Shown here piece by piece: positions 37,101-46,270 of a DNA stretch of 64,000 nt. Each line of letters starts with the position of its first letter. The stretch's first letter is position 1. This DNA comes from a virus. The stretch covers positions 1 through 64,000 of the IMG/VR virus record IMGVR_UViG_3300033145_002224; one strand, given 5' to 3'. Below the pieces are notes generated by a model. The model made no database searches, was not told the origin of the DNA, and saw only the letters and a list, made by a program, of their open reading frames with translations. Made by a program: the position numbers and the translations under genes.

Positions 37101-38194
37101 ATTGTACCCATTGTTATATCACTAAGAAATCTTTTTGTTCTACCTTCGAAATCATTTTGTTCTAATTTAGATAACTGTCCGTGTAAACCAAATAATCCAG
37201 CTGTTTCAAATACTCTGGCTACTTTTTGAGTTGGTACAGTAATTCCACGAGTACGAATTACACCCCTAGTATCATATAGTTTTTTACCCACCCTAGATGC
37301 CCTTACTAATCTTGTTAAACCAAGGGCTGAGGCAGCTCCCCTAACCAATCCACCCAATAGGACAAAGCTTCCAATTGTACCTGCTGTTTCACCAACAAAT
37401 CGAGCTGTATTGACGGCCATTTGTTCACCCCTATCTTTATATTCATGTTCAGAGGGTGGTATCCATCTACCAGACAAGCCACTTGCTAAGGAATGTGCAA
37501 ATTCTCCAGCCACACCTTTGGGGCCCTCTTTAAATGCATCTATTATATTGGACCATTTTAATTTTGGAGGTGCTTCCCATTCTTTCTTTTTAGACTGGGC
37601 AGTTGCTATAGATGTATCACCTTGTTTATTAACTGCTATACCATCAACATTTTTATCTTTCCAATTAACTAGTATCCCCTGTGCTTCACGTAGACCTATT
37701 TCCTTAGAATAATATAATCTTCTAGCCACAGCACCTACCTTTGTTTTCTTATCATGTTCTACATTAGAAAGAATTTGTCTATTAGCCACGGTATCGCTTC
37801 CACCAGCCCATAAAGGCATAATATGATCTACATCATAGAACCTACTGGATAAGCCACCACGCAAAAAAGCGTTCATCATAGAATCATATGAACCCCTTTC
37901 TGATTTAATAAGTTTCCCAGTTTGGGAACTATCAACTGTATATTGTCCAGCACCTAAATGTGATGGTAGAGATGCAAAACGAGCAGAAGTTGTGGGTGCT
38001 ACTGCTCCGGTTTGCTGAAACCCTGGTTGTGCTGGTGCAAATTTATATCCCTTTGGAACACTACTAAACCTGTCTGTTGTAGGTAATAATGGAGCACCAG
38101 TTTTTGCACTAGCTTGTCCCGTACCAGCACTAAGACGACTCTGTATTACTGGTGACGGCTTTAACAGTGGATTTGTTTGAGTTTGTTGTGCCAT
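34103..38194 (-). CDS. Large internal-virion/ejection-like protein with an embedded HNH domain
   Basis: 1363 aa, last gene of the virion module; DVDHIMPLWAGGSDTVANRQILSNVEH; Gly/Ala-rich hydrophobic helices. Confidence 0.65.
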   Translation of the reverse strand: MAQQTQTNPLLKPSPVIQSRLSAGTGQASAKTGAPLLPTTDRFSSVPKGYKFAPAQPGFQQTGAVAPTTSARFASLPSHLGAGQYTVDSSQTGKLIKSERGSYDSMMNAFLRGGLSSRFYDVDHIMPLWAGGSDTVANRQILSNVEHDKKTKVGAVARRLYYSKEIGLREAQGILVNWKDKNVDGIAVNKQGDTSIATAQSKKKEWEAPPKLKWSNIIDAFKEGPKGVAGEFAHSLASGLSGRWIPPSEHEYKDRGEQMAVNTARFVGETAGTIGSFVLLGGLVRGAASALGLTRLVRASRVGKKLYDTRGVIRTRGITVPTQKVARVFETAGLFGLHGQLSKLEQNDFEGRTKRFLSDITMGTMVGTVGQTWKGYAGLGMGVYTLSMIEGAEEEDALMNAAVMVGLHGLGYPRYRKTNAQSKALLEKEATSVATDQLNRYAPLKDKGVTMPESKNVDKALGNRLKRTEDRITDLYIEGQLTIDQAGAEWAKSVTAAKHLYKQSLSKEARLKEEVLDFFSIGNKIKGDLPGISLAKQGIPRRMVEHVEKNPDLVELKVKTYENMPETSGLVPEGRMQLTGQAAEKNSQMAKNIKDVNKAIDEGKVRMGPNGNPRVLLLERSDPVMSWVMKRVNERLGPKVKKGEDQFYKNPDKNVQAFVYVEGRGYLPVAWWPREWRIDGNGNMKSINHNVRTMNEQYEKFNRAEFDITLNKNSLSDAMKREGITSLEVEIEPRIGQPYSEGDNARFNISSRAKESQEPYIIVNLTKDAFREALARNNKTTPVPQKSATKTIESVTTNDNLFSNAGPQYISKLTGAVEKIMGSAKTAERFQENINSELGEVIDIKTAASVMNGSTPVKVETVMKWLDSGLKKNTLTPKGKEYYMLTNMFYEGMTPNQKMVVNNTKLTKDIVPVKDVGQIDQKIVLEKKIPDVVKVVSKKPVQPPKGYKIGEDGKMVPIKELPLKYPKAVKAVKAVKTVTKKPAKEIVEKPGILDIIMGEQAVKKKDTDILLKKVNQINKKLSKSNKKQVENMQVERILNTLEQRRTSEIKQRTKYKNITQEDIYRDKTPEALKIKQKKLDSLVEHYKGEITKKEYDAYIKNGTIPKMLERKDIEGFTPMPVISDHKKVTDKRYNDFANELLTSGKTAKDPKVKHFWSEVVQKMNKFYGKGTPWYSPVAKLSGGKLWQYQADKYPNWHRMAGIDKTVDKAISNIEKHVRTKRYEKLPKELKKTIEDVIAKYPNVKIISSPSRKQYNPQKFYNAFDDIRTYIKKVPSDKYFELASDKKLSDSEVVDLAGRYGTEIKGLLGNIKSEQQMTEQTITNIMSSSLKPLEDIKELNNSQISLIAEDFARLIGSMIIRPKN

Positions 38195-38198
38195 AATA

Positions 38199-40313
38199 TT
38201 AACCAGTTATACTATTCATGGCTTGGCCCCGTAACCAACTATCATAATCTACTAAAATGTCTGAGGCTAAATCATTATCATTCTTTTTTAAATCGTATAT
38301 TTCTTTAAGAGGATGTTGTTCAATGTGACGAGAATAATTATCAAACAAGAAATCAAGCATATCATCACTTACTTTACCTTGGTTCTTTTTCTTAAATTTA
38401 TCTTTTTCATCAACATCATATTCTGCTCCACGCGTACTCCAGCCAGTTAGGTCCTTAAGGGTTTCACGTACACCTTGTATATTATAATTATCGCCAACCA
38501 TATAATCATCCATTCCTCTCACTAGATTATTAATCACTTTTGATGATAGTGCGATACCATCGGTCTCTGCTTCATCTTTTCCGCTAGATCCGATACTATT
38601 TAAAACTTCACTCATATCTCCCCAAAAACTTAAAAATGAACCCTTAGAAGCTTCTTTACTAGCAAGTTGGGCTACTGATGAACCATACCTTGATTTAACA
38701 GCGTCACTACTATAACCCTCATCTACAGCTTGACCCATAAGACCATAATAGTCTCCTAAATCATAAGCTCCTTCTTCTGGATTTATAGTAGAGAGTAAAT
38801 CTGTATAGTATTTTATATCAGCACTACTTACTTTTGCATCCTCAACTCCTATATTAGCAGTTTCAGCATTTGTTTTATTAGCATCAGCTATTGTTTTAAG
38901 TAAATTAGCCTGTGCTTGAGATAGGGCAAGATTATCTACCATTCTATCATGTTGTAATTGTTCTTGTCCGGCGAGATTAGTATATAAATCTCCCAACATT
39001 CCTTTAAAATAATTATATTGCTCTGTCTTGATTGCCCCTTGTGTAGCTAATTCATCCTGATATTTAGTTATACCAATATTATATTGTTCTTGTGAGAATG
39101 ATAAATCAGCATTATGTTGTTCAATTGATGTATTCACATAATCAACATAACGTTTTTCTTGTCGTCCCTTAAGCACGTATAGATAGTTCATATACTTATT
39201 CATTCTTTCGTTTACATGTGGATTAGCCATATCCATACCAGCCATTTTATCTTTAGCTCCAGTTATCATACCATCTAATTGACCAAGATATTCATCACGA
39301 CCACGCACATAGTCGGCTAAATCAGTTTTAAGTGTTGCTCCTCGTCTTTTAAGGTTGTTAAGATTACTTAATTGTTGTTCTAGCCCGCTTTCTTTATATA
39401 TTGTATTTTTAAGATCTGCTAATTGGCCAGAAAGTAATGCTCCATCTGGTAACCATTCTTCTGGTACACCTGGGAACATCTTTTTTAATTCTTCTTTATC
39501 TGACATTACCTGGAATGCAAAGGCAGACTGGCCTATGCCAGTATTTACAGCCTCATATAAGGTTTTCCACTTTTCTTGTTGTTCAGAGTCAAGTCCATCA
39601 AACCAAGTGTCATAATAGGATGAATAATCCATGGATGAGTCAGCATTTGAAGTTCCAACTGGAGCGGTATATCCTGCTGGTGCCTGTTGTGGGCCTATCA
39701 TGTTTTGAGGTCCCATTTGGACGGTCGATGGTGCTACTGTTTTAGTTGTTCTTGTCTCTACTGGATCTAAACCTTGAATATGTGGAACGACATTACCAGT
39801 TGCATCTACTATAAATTTACCCCTATATGGATCTCTTGGATCTACTTTGGGTTGTGCTCCGGGTCCGACTGTTAGTGGCGTCGGTTGTGGTTGCTCAGAT
39901 ATTGAGGTTGGTGGAGGCGGTAACATTGTCATAAATGTAGGATCCTGTTTTCTTTTCTCTTCTAATTGACCCATTTGCTCCATAAGCATTTGTTGATCTT
40001 GCTGTTGACCCTGTTGCGCCATACCAGCATCACTATATGGCATTGGTGTTACATTTTGAGCTGACTGTTGACCTTCATTCGCGCCAAGAAAATCCCACAT
40101 ACCACCTTTACCGTCGTTTATAGCACGATTTCTATTGGTACGCCAAAGAGATTTCATTACAGAACGGGCTCTATCACGCTTTGTACTTCCTACTGGAGCA
40201 TCAAGTGCTTCTTGCATTAACTTATTCAAGCGCTCATTTCCCATTATAGCGCCCACCGTTATTGCTTTAGACTTTGCTTGACCTTTGTCTACTATTGGTA
40301 CGTTATTTAACAT
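38199..40313 (-). CDS. Putative internal virion (ejection) protein
   Basis: 704 aa, Q/P-rich N-part and helical C-part; position after the tail genes. Confidence 0.55.
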   Translation of the reverse strand: MLNNVPIVDKGQAKSKAITVGAIMGNERLNKLMQEALDAPVGSTKRDRARSVMKSLWRTNRNRAINDGKGGMWDFLGANEGQQSAQNVTPMPYSDAGMAQQGQQQDQQMLMEQMGQLEEKRKQDPTFMTMLPPPPTSISEQPQPTPLTVGPGAQPKVDPRDPYRGKFIVDATGNVVPHIQGLDPVETRTTKTVAPSTVQMGPQNMIGPQQAPAGYTAPVGTSNADSSMDYSSYYDTWFDGLDSEQQEKWKTLYEAVNTGIGQSAFAFQVMSDKEELKKMFPGVPEEWLPDGALLSGQLADLKNTIYKESGLEQQLSNLNNLKRRGATLKTDLADYVRGRDEYLGQLDGMITGAKDKMAGMDMANPHVNERMNKYMNYLYVLKGRQEKRYVDYVNTSIEQHNADLSFSQEQYNIGITKYQDELATQGAIKTEQYNYFKGMLGDLYTNLAGQEQLQHDRMVDNLALSQAQANLLKTIADANKTNAETANIGVEDAKVSSADIKYYTDLLSTINPEEGAYDLGDYYGLMGQAVDEGYSSDAVKSRYGSSVAQLASKEASKGSFLSFWGDMSEVLNSIGSSGKDEAETDGIALSSKVINNLVRGMDDYMVGDNYNIQGVRETLKDLTGWSTRGAEYDVDEKDKFKKKNQGKVSDDMLDFLFDNYSRHIEQHPLKEIYDLKKNDNDLASDILVDYDSWLRGQAMNSITG

Positions 40314-40899
40314 ATTGTTGTTTTAGATACTTAAATGGATTAATATACTTACCGTATAAATCACGAATTCTATAATCTAGATGGCTTCCAGTTCCTCCGT
40401 GCATGCTATATGTTTGGCCGGTATTACCCATGAGTCCTCCAATTTGACCAGCTTGAACCTGTTGGCCTGGTTTTACAAATGATTGATGTAGGTGGCTATA
40501 ACGATGCTTTGCACCCTGTGGATCTGTGACAACAACATAGTTGCCGAAACCAGAATCTCCCTGTTTTTTACCAGATACAACCTCACTAACTGTCCCGGCT
40601 GTTTTAAATGGGATTTGTGTTCCAATTTTATTAGCAACATCTATCCCTGGATGAAATTGTTCGTATTTAGTCGAACCTCCATATGGTACTGTAGTTGTAC
40701 CAAGGTTTGAAAAATAATCAGCACCAGTTGCTTGTGATACATTTGGAAATTGTTGACCTACGTTTATAGATTTTTGAGGCTTTGCCTGTTGAGCTGGTTG
40801 CGGTTGCATTTTTGGTAATGATTTACCAAGATCATAAGCCGCTCCTACACCAGCTTTAAGAAGTTTATTAGCCTGATATGTTTGGTTTTCTTTAAGCAT
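40303..40899 (-). CDS. M23-family peptidoglycan endopeptidase (virion-associated)
   Basis: HPGID, GFGNYVVV, YSHL, GLMGNTG, SHLDY. Confidence 0.92.
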   Translation of the reverse strand: MLKENQTYQANKLLKAGVGAAYDLGKSLPKMQPQPAQQAKPQKSINVGQQFPNVSQATGADYFSNLGTTTVPYGGSTKYEQFHPGIDVANKIGTQIPFKTAGTVSEVVSGKKQGDSGFGNYVVVTDPQGAKHRYSHLHQSFVKPGQQVQAGQIGGLMGNTGQTYSMHGGTGSHLDYRIRDLYGKYINPFKYLKQQYVK

Positions 40900-40903
40900 A
40901 TTT

Positions 40904-43339
40904 TTATGATTTAGTAAATCCTTGAGCTGTTAAATCTTCTGGTGTAAAGTATCCATAGGGTGTTTGATAATTATCATTTATATCAATTGTTAAGCCTCCC
41001 TTTTTCCATATACCACCACCCGATATTTGCGTTGATGGTGTTGGTGTACTACTTTGTTGATTCATTGCACTACTTGTAGCAGCAGCAGCTTCCGCTGCTT
41101 GACCAAGTCCTGTATCAGCGACACCACTAGATTGTTGATTAGCTGGATTAATCGACCAGGCGCTAGAATCAGATGGGTCAGTTCCTGTTTGTTGATTAGC
41201 CTGAGCCGTAGCGGCTGCGGCTTGTCCCAATGCTGTATTTTCTGGATTAATTGACCAAGCGCTAGAATCAGATGGGTCAGTGCCTGTTTGTTGCTGTGTT
41301 GTTGGTGCTGAGTCAAATGCGCCAGCCTGTGTATATTCAGCATATCGTTTTTCTTCTTCATTCTTTTTTTGTTCTAAAAGCTGATCGAGTTGATATGTTT
41401 TCTTAGATTCACTTATACCATATTTATTAGCATATAAATTCTGATAAAGTGTACTCCTATAATTACCATTTTCATCAATCATTAAATCTCTATATGCTAT
41501 AGCCTCTTGTTCACTTAAACCATATTTACTTACTAAATTTTGTACATCAAAGAAACTAAGCACATCTTGGCTTGGCGTTAATCCCCAAGCAACCCTCTCC
41601 TCTGCTGTTAGTGCTGCTATTTCTTCTGGGGTAGCATTAGCTAATAAGTGTTTTCGTCTAGCTTCTGTTTCTTGGCTGGCTTTACTCTCTCTAACGGTTT
41701 CGTCGCCTCTCCTTACGTCTTGTAAATATCTATCCTTAGCTTCTTGTAATAAACCACTATCACCAAGATTAGCCTGACCATAACCACTTGTTATTGAATT
41801 AATTTGATCCCACGCACTATATGCATTATCACTAAGCTGTATACCATATAATCGATTCATTTCTTGTCTAAATGTTTCCCACTCATGGTCTGCGATAGCT
41901 TTTTGTTGATCAGTTTGTGCTTCTAATTGTTTGGTAAGTACATCATGATAGGCTGATTTAATTTTTTCAGCCTCTTCTTGTGCCTCTGGAGATGTCCAAT
42001 CAAATGGTTGTACAAGTGTTTGGAATACTTCACTTGGAAGTTGAAATATAGATAAGTCGAGTAATGATGTGTCTATATCACCAAGTTGTGGAGGTGGGGC
42101 TAGTTCCATATTACTACGTATTGCTTGTCCTTCTGCGGTAGCATGATACTCATTAGCTGTTTGAGTACTATGTATAACCTGCATATTGGCATATTCTGAA
42201 TCGCCTCCCTTAACTAATTGTTTACGTTTTAAGTCTCTATAAATATCATTTGGACCATATCCACCATAAGCCAATGCATTAACATATAAACCTATTGTAT
42301 TTGGATCATTAAGGGCTTCTTGTACTACATCTGGATCAATACCACTATCTGTCATCTCCTTGATTAAGCCTAGCCAGTGATCTACAACCTTAAATGAGGC
42401 TTGTTGCGCTTGAGCGTTATATTCTTGACCATATAGTCTACCAATATCTTCCTCAGAGACGTTATCTGGAGTATATGTACCGGCTTCATTTATGCCCTGT
42501 TCATTGCCAAGTAACTGAAAGTTGAATAAAGTAGAATCTTGATTTGTTAAAGCTGTTGTTGGTAGTGTCGTAATTAACCCACTATCCATTGCTTCTTGAG
42601 GTGACATACCATATTTAGCTATAAAACCAGTCTCGTCTAAAAATGGTCTCATTGATTGGCTGTTTTTGTCTACTAACCAAATCGTTGAGGCATCCCCCGG
42701 AGCAGCTCCATTAGGATCATCATTAAATTTAACAAGAGCCTCATTCCCTTGAAAGAAAAAATCATTAGTTTTACCTGAAATATCAGTCTGTGCTTTCGCA
42801 TCTTCTTGTGCTTTTTTTCTTGACATCTCCAAATCTTTTCTCAACACAGAGTCATCAAGATGACTCATATACATATCTATTTCTTGTTGATTTGCATCCC
42901 GGCCAAGGTAAAGTTGATAAAGATGATTTACTGCATTTTTGCCTATAGTTTCACTTTCCGTTGGTTGTTGCATTGGTGTTTTTGGGGTTGGAGCCGGAAC
43001 TGGAGTAGGGGCAGGGGTTGGAGTCGGAACTGGAGTAGGGGCAGGGGTTGGAGTCGGTTGTTTTGGGGCATATCCTCTCGGCTTTTGCCAATTAACACCT
43101 GTAGAAGTTAATAATTTATTTATTTCTGCTTGTGATTTCCAATTAAAACTAGGTTTAGTACTAATTGGTTTACCGTCTGGTATGTCAGTTAAATGACTAG
43201 AATCAATATCGACAAAAGCACCACCGCCTAAAACCTCCATACTTGTTATATGCCTTTTAGTCCCATTATCAATAAAATAGATTACATTATTAGAGTTATC
43301 TCTTACTAATATTCCATTTGGTAATTTGGTTGTTGCCAT
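40904..43339 (-). CDS. Putative internal virion protein with Pro/Thr linker
   Basis: 811 aa; (PTPAPTPV)n at ~42985-43057; duplicated QQTGTDPSDSSAWSINP. Confidence 0.55.
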   Translation of the reverse strand: MATTKLPNGILVRDNSNNVIYFIDNGTKRHITSMEVLGGGAFVDIDSSHLTDIPDGKPISTKPSFNWKSQAEINKLLTSTGVNWQKPRGYAPKQPTPTPAPTPVPTPTPAPTPVPAPTPKTPMQQPTESETIGKNAVNHLYQLYLGRDANQQEIDMYMSHLDDSVLRKDLEMSRKKAQEDAKAQTDISGKTNDFFFQGNEALVKFNDDPNGAAPGDASTIWLVDKNSQSMRPFLDETGFIAKYGMSPQEAMDSGLITTLPTTALTNQDSTLFNFQLLGNEQGINEAGTYTPDNVSEEDIGRLYGQEYNAQAQQASFKVVDHWLGLIKEMTDSGIDPDVVQEALNDPNTIGLYVNALAYGGYGPNDIYRDLKRKQLVKGGDSEYANMQVIHSTQTANEYHATAEGQAIRSNMELAPPPQLGDIDTSLLDLSIFQLPSEVFQTLVQPFDWTSPEAQEEAEKIKSAYHDVLTKQLEAQTDQQKAIADHEWETFRQEMNRLYGIQLSDNAYSAWDQINSITSGYGQANLGDSGLLQEAKDRYLQDVRRGDETVRESKASQETEARRKHLLANATPEEIAALTAEERVAWGLTPSQDVLSFFDVQNLVSKYGLSEQEAIAYRDLMIDENGNYRSTLYQNLYANKYGISESKKTYQLDQLLEQKKNEEEKRYAEYTQAGAFDSAPTTQQQTGTDPSDSSAWSINPENTALGQAAAATAQANQQTGTDPSDSSAWSINPANQQSSGVADTGLGQAAEAAAATSSAMNQQSSTPTPSTQISGGGIWKKGGLTIDINDNYQTPYGYFTPEDLTAQGFTKS

Positions 43340-43519
43340 ATATTTTAATTATTTTAAATTATCAATTAATTCTTTTAAAATTGCTTTTAACTCAAAGCTT
43401 CCAGCTACTTCTGCTTTAATTATTTGAGCCATATTACCATTGGTTTCAATAATAATTTGTCGCATTTTAGATTCTTTTTTTTCTTCTTGTTTTTTATCGT
43501 CCATAAAATTTATATTAAA

Positions 43520-46270
43520 TTATAATGCTTGCCAAAAATCATAATATGAAATATCCATAGTTTTTGATGCACTTGTTCTTGTTTCTAGATAAGCAGTAAA
43601 TAAATGGTCGGCATTAGAAGTCCCTGACGGTAGATTTGTAGTTATTGTTCCTTCGAGTACTCCATCGATATAAAATTTTGCACTTACACCAGGAACAAAA
43701 TCTATTCTTAAACTATAATCTGTACCGGCAGAAATTGCTCCGAAATCAGAGGTTGTATAAGAAGAACCATCAGCGGTCAAACCATAAATATTCCCATTTT
43801 GAACCAAGAATGCTATTTTCATATCGTTTACAATTCCTCCTGCCTGCTCATTGCACTCTCCAGTACCAAAAAGTATTCTAGTATTAATAACCGCAGTAAT
43901 TCTCATACCAATTTTAACACTTCTTTTTTTAGCCCAAGAAAAATCATTTTGATATAATGACCGTTTATATAAACAAACGTATTCGTATTGGTCAGCTCCA
44001 GTAATTAATTGAACAGAGTTTACACCCAACGAAAAGCTACCACCAGCACCGCCAATATCTTGTTCATATCCATCTATTGATTCAAATATCGTGAACCAAT
44101 GAAAATCATTTCTTCTTAAACTGTTTGCTACAACATTACCACTAGAATCAACTGAAAACAATGGAGAGCTGGCATTTGGTATATTGATTGTCCCAGCAGT
44201 AATAGCCCCACCGATTAAAGATATATCAGTTCCATCATATTTAAAAACTTTAGTCGCGGAACTTCCAATTTCAAACTTTGGTTTTGAAGCGGAATAATCA
44301 TAACCTAAAATGAAACCATTAGTTGCGTCCTGCCCAAAATCCGTCTTGCCGTAATTTATAATAACATCAGTGCTTGCCGCTACTGCGGTTAATCCTGTTG
44401 CTCCTACACTCCAATAATTAGTTGCTGTTCCAAATTTTCCGGAAGTAGCTTCTATATCTCCTTTAATTCTTAAACCATTTGTTGGGTCGTATTTTAAATA
44501 TTTTGTAGCCTCTCCAATCGCTATGCCATATTTATCAGAACTATATCCTAAATATCCGTTTAAATTTCCTATTCTTAATTTAGTTGATAAATCAGTCCAA
44601 GGTTCGCCTGCGTGTGTAAATACTGATAAATAAGGTGCGTTGCTTTCGCTCGCGGTCATATACACTCCACCATCTCCTGATTGTTTATAATTAACAACTG
44701 TCGCTCCTTTTTTCCAAGCTGGATTAGCATCTGCGGAGTAGTCGCCAGCCTTATCCCTTGTAACATTATAAGGATTAATAGCAGCTGTGGGTGTCAGATA
44801 AACATAAAAATTCATATCTACCCCACTATTAGCTATCCAACCTGACGTTTTGGTATCATAACAATAATAATTTCCAGAATGAGTTGGAGATGATTGGTCG
44901 CCTACTGAAAAAACATAATCTTCGGGTGAACCATATTCAATGCTAATACAATAATTTGTTCCAGCAGTTAAAGTTATTCTGTTTGCTCCAGAAAAAGTAA
45001 ATTCAGCGAGAGCTGGCGAATCTAATGAAAGGGTAGAAACATCAAGTGCGTCAGAAGTAGCCAGTGCAATACCAGTTGGTAAACTTGAAGTTCCATAAGT
45101 TCCAGAGTGTGCATAAATTTTAGCATAAGCGTTTCCTGTCGGAGATAAACTTTTATACATTAAAAATTTAGCACTTTCAAGAATGCCAGCAATGGCAATA
45201 AACGACTGACCCTGTGTTTTATTATTTTGGAGAGAAGCATCTTGACTTCCAAAATAATTATCAGCCACTATTGGGTCATTAGCAATAACTTCCATCCACT
45301 CATCATCTGTCCCGTCTTTAATTCTCAAAATATCACCTACCGCAAAAGTTGTTATTGCTTTTGTTGTTAAAGTGCTATCATCATCTGCCGTCATATCTTC
45401 ATCTAAAACATCCCCGTCTAATACTGCGAAATTTCCGCCCATAACATTGACGACATCTTTTTGAAATACTGCTGTTCTTATCAACCCCCTACAAGCTATG
45501 TTGCCTACTTCCAATAAACTATCACTTAAATGGAAACCTGCCCCGAATACCCCGCTTACATAATTGTCAGATTGTATTCTTTTATTATCGCCATCTATAA
45601 ATATTTTGTTTGTTGTGCCTACATCTATCCGTTTATTTGCTCCGTCAATTACTATTTCATCTGAAGTTCCGACTGTTATTTTTTTATTTCCACCATCAAG
45701 AATTATTTCATTACTTGCTGAATACATTGTAGTTGCTCCTAAAGTAAATCCACCAATTGTACCGCTTTGAAATTTAGCATAACCAGTATTTAAAATATAC
45801 GCATTTGCATTATCATTATCTGTATTAAAATCAGCTACATCACATCCCCACCAACTATTACCATCAGTATCGACATGAAAAGAATTACCGGTAGTTTCAT
45901 CCGGTATATCTAATTTACCGCCAATAATACCACCATCACCAACATAAAGTTGCATACATTCTATATATCCATTCAATCCGTCTATAAGAAATCCATGTTT
46001 TTTAGGATTATAATTCTGAGATTTTATCCAATTACGAATCCATAAATCACCCATTTGACCGGTTTGTATAGCACCTTCAGTTATCTGCCCCGGCGATTCG
46101 ACACTACCTCCCGATACACCACCAACACCACCGCTATCACCAGCAACGGAACTAGAGCTCCTAGCGGTATCACCAAGCCCACCACTGACAACACCACCTT
46201 CAGAACGCTCCAAACTGTCATTATAAGGGTTGTCAATATTTCCATAATTGTAATCATTTATGTTGCTCAT
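43520..46270 (-). CDS. Tail fibre/tail-tip protein
   Basis: 916 aa, beta/Gly-rich, GTIGGF and IDGxNKRI repeats, lectin-like C-terminal domain. Confidence 0.7.
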   Translation of the reverse strand: MSNINDYNYGNIDNPYNDSLERSEGGVVSGGLGDTARSSSSVAGDSGGVGGVSGGSVESPGQITEGAIQTGQMGDLWIRNWIKSQNYNPKKHGFLIDGLNGYIECMQLYVGDGGIIGGKLDIPDETTGNSFHVDTDGNSWWGCDVADFNTDNDNANAYILNTGYAKFQSGTIGGFTLGATTMYSASNEIILDGGNKKITVGTSDEIVIDGANKRIDVGTTNKIFIDGDNKRIQSDNYVSGVFGAGFHLSDSLLEVGNIACRGLIRTAVFQKDVVNVMGGNFAVLDGDVLDEDMTADDDSTLTTKAITTFAVGDILRIKDGTDDEWMEVIANDPIVADNYFGSQDASLQNNKTQGQSFIAIAGILESAKFLMYKSLSPTGNAYAKIYAHSGTYGTSSLPTGIALATSDALDVSTLSLDSPALAEFTFSGANRITLTAGTNYCISIEYGSPEDYVFSVGDQSSPTHSGNYYCYDTKTSGWIANSGVDMNFYVYLTPTAAINPYNVTRDKAGDYSADANPAWKKGATVVNYKQSGDGGVYMTASESNAPYLSVFTHAGEPWTDLSTKLRIGNLNGYLGYSSDKYGIAIGEATKYLKYDPTNGLRIKGDIEATSGKFGTATNYWSVGATGLTAVAASTDVIINYGKTDFGQDATNGFILGYDYSASKPKFEIGSSATKVFKYDGTDISLIGGAITAGTINIPNASSPLFSVDSSGNVVANSLRRNDFHWFTIFESIDGYEQDIGGAGGSFSLGVNSVQLITGADQYEYVCLYKRSLYQNDFSWAKKRSVKIGMRITAVINTRILFGTGECNEQAGGIVNDMKIAFLVQNGNIYGLTADGSSYTTSDFGAISAGTDYSLRIDFVPGVSAKFYIDGVLEGTITTNLPSGTSNADHLFTAYLETRTSASKTMDISYYDFWQAL

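Noticed and set aside
41150-41295. Direct repeat as a DGR template/variable pair
   Set aside because: Short in-frame peptide duplication, no adenine-specific variation and no reverse transcriptase in the window
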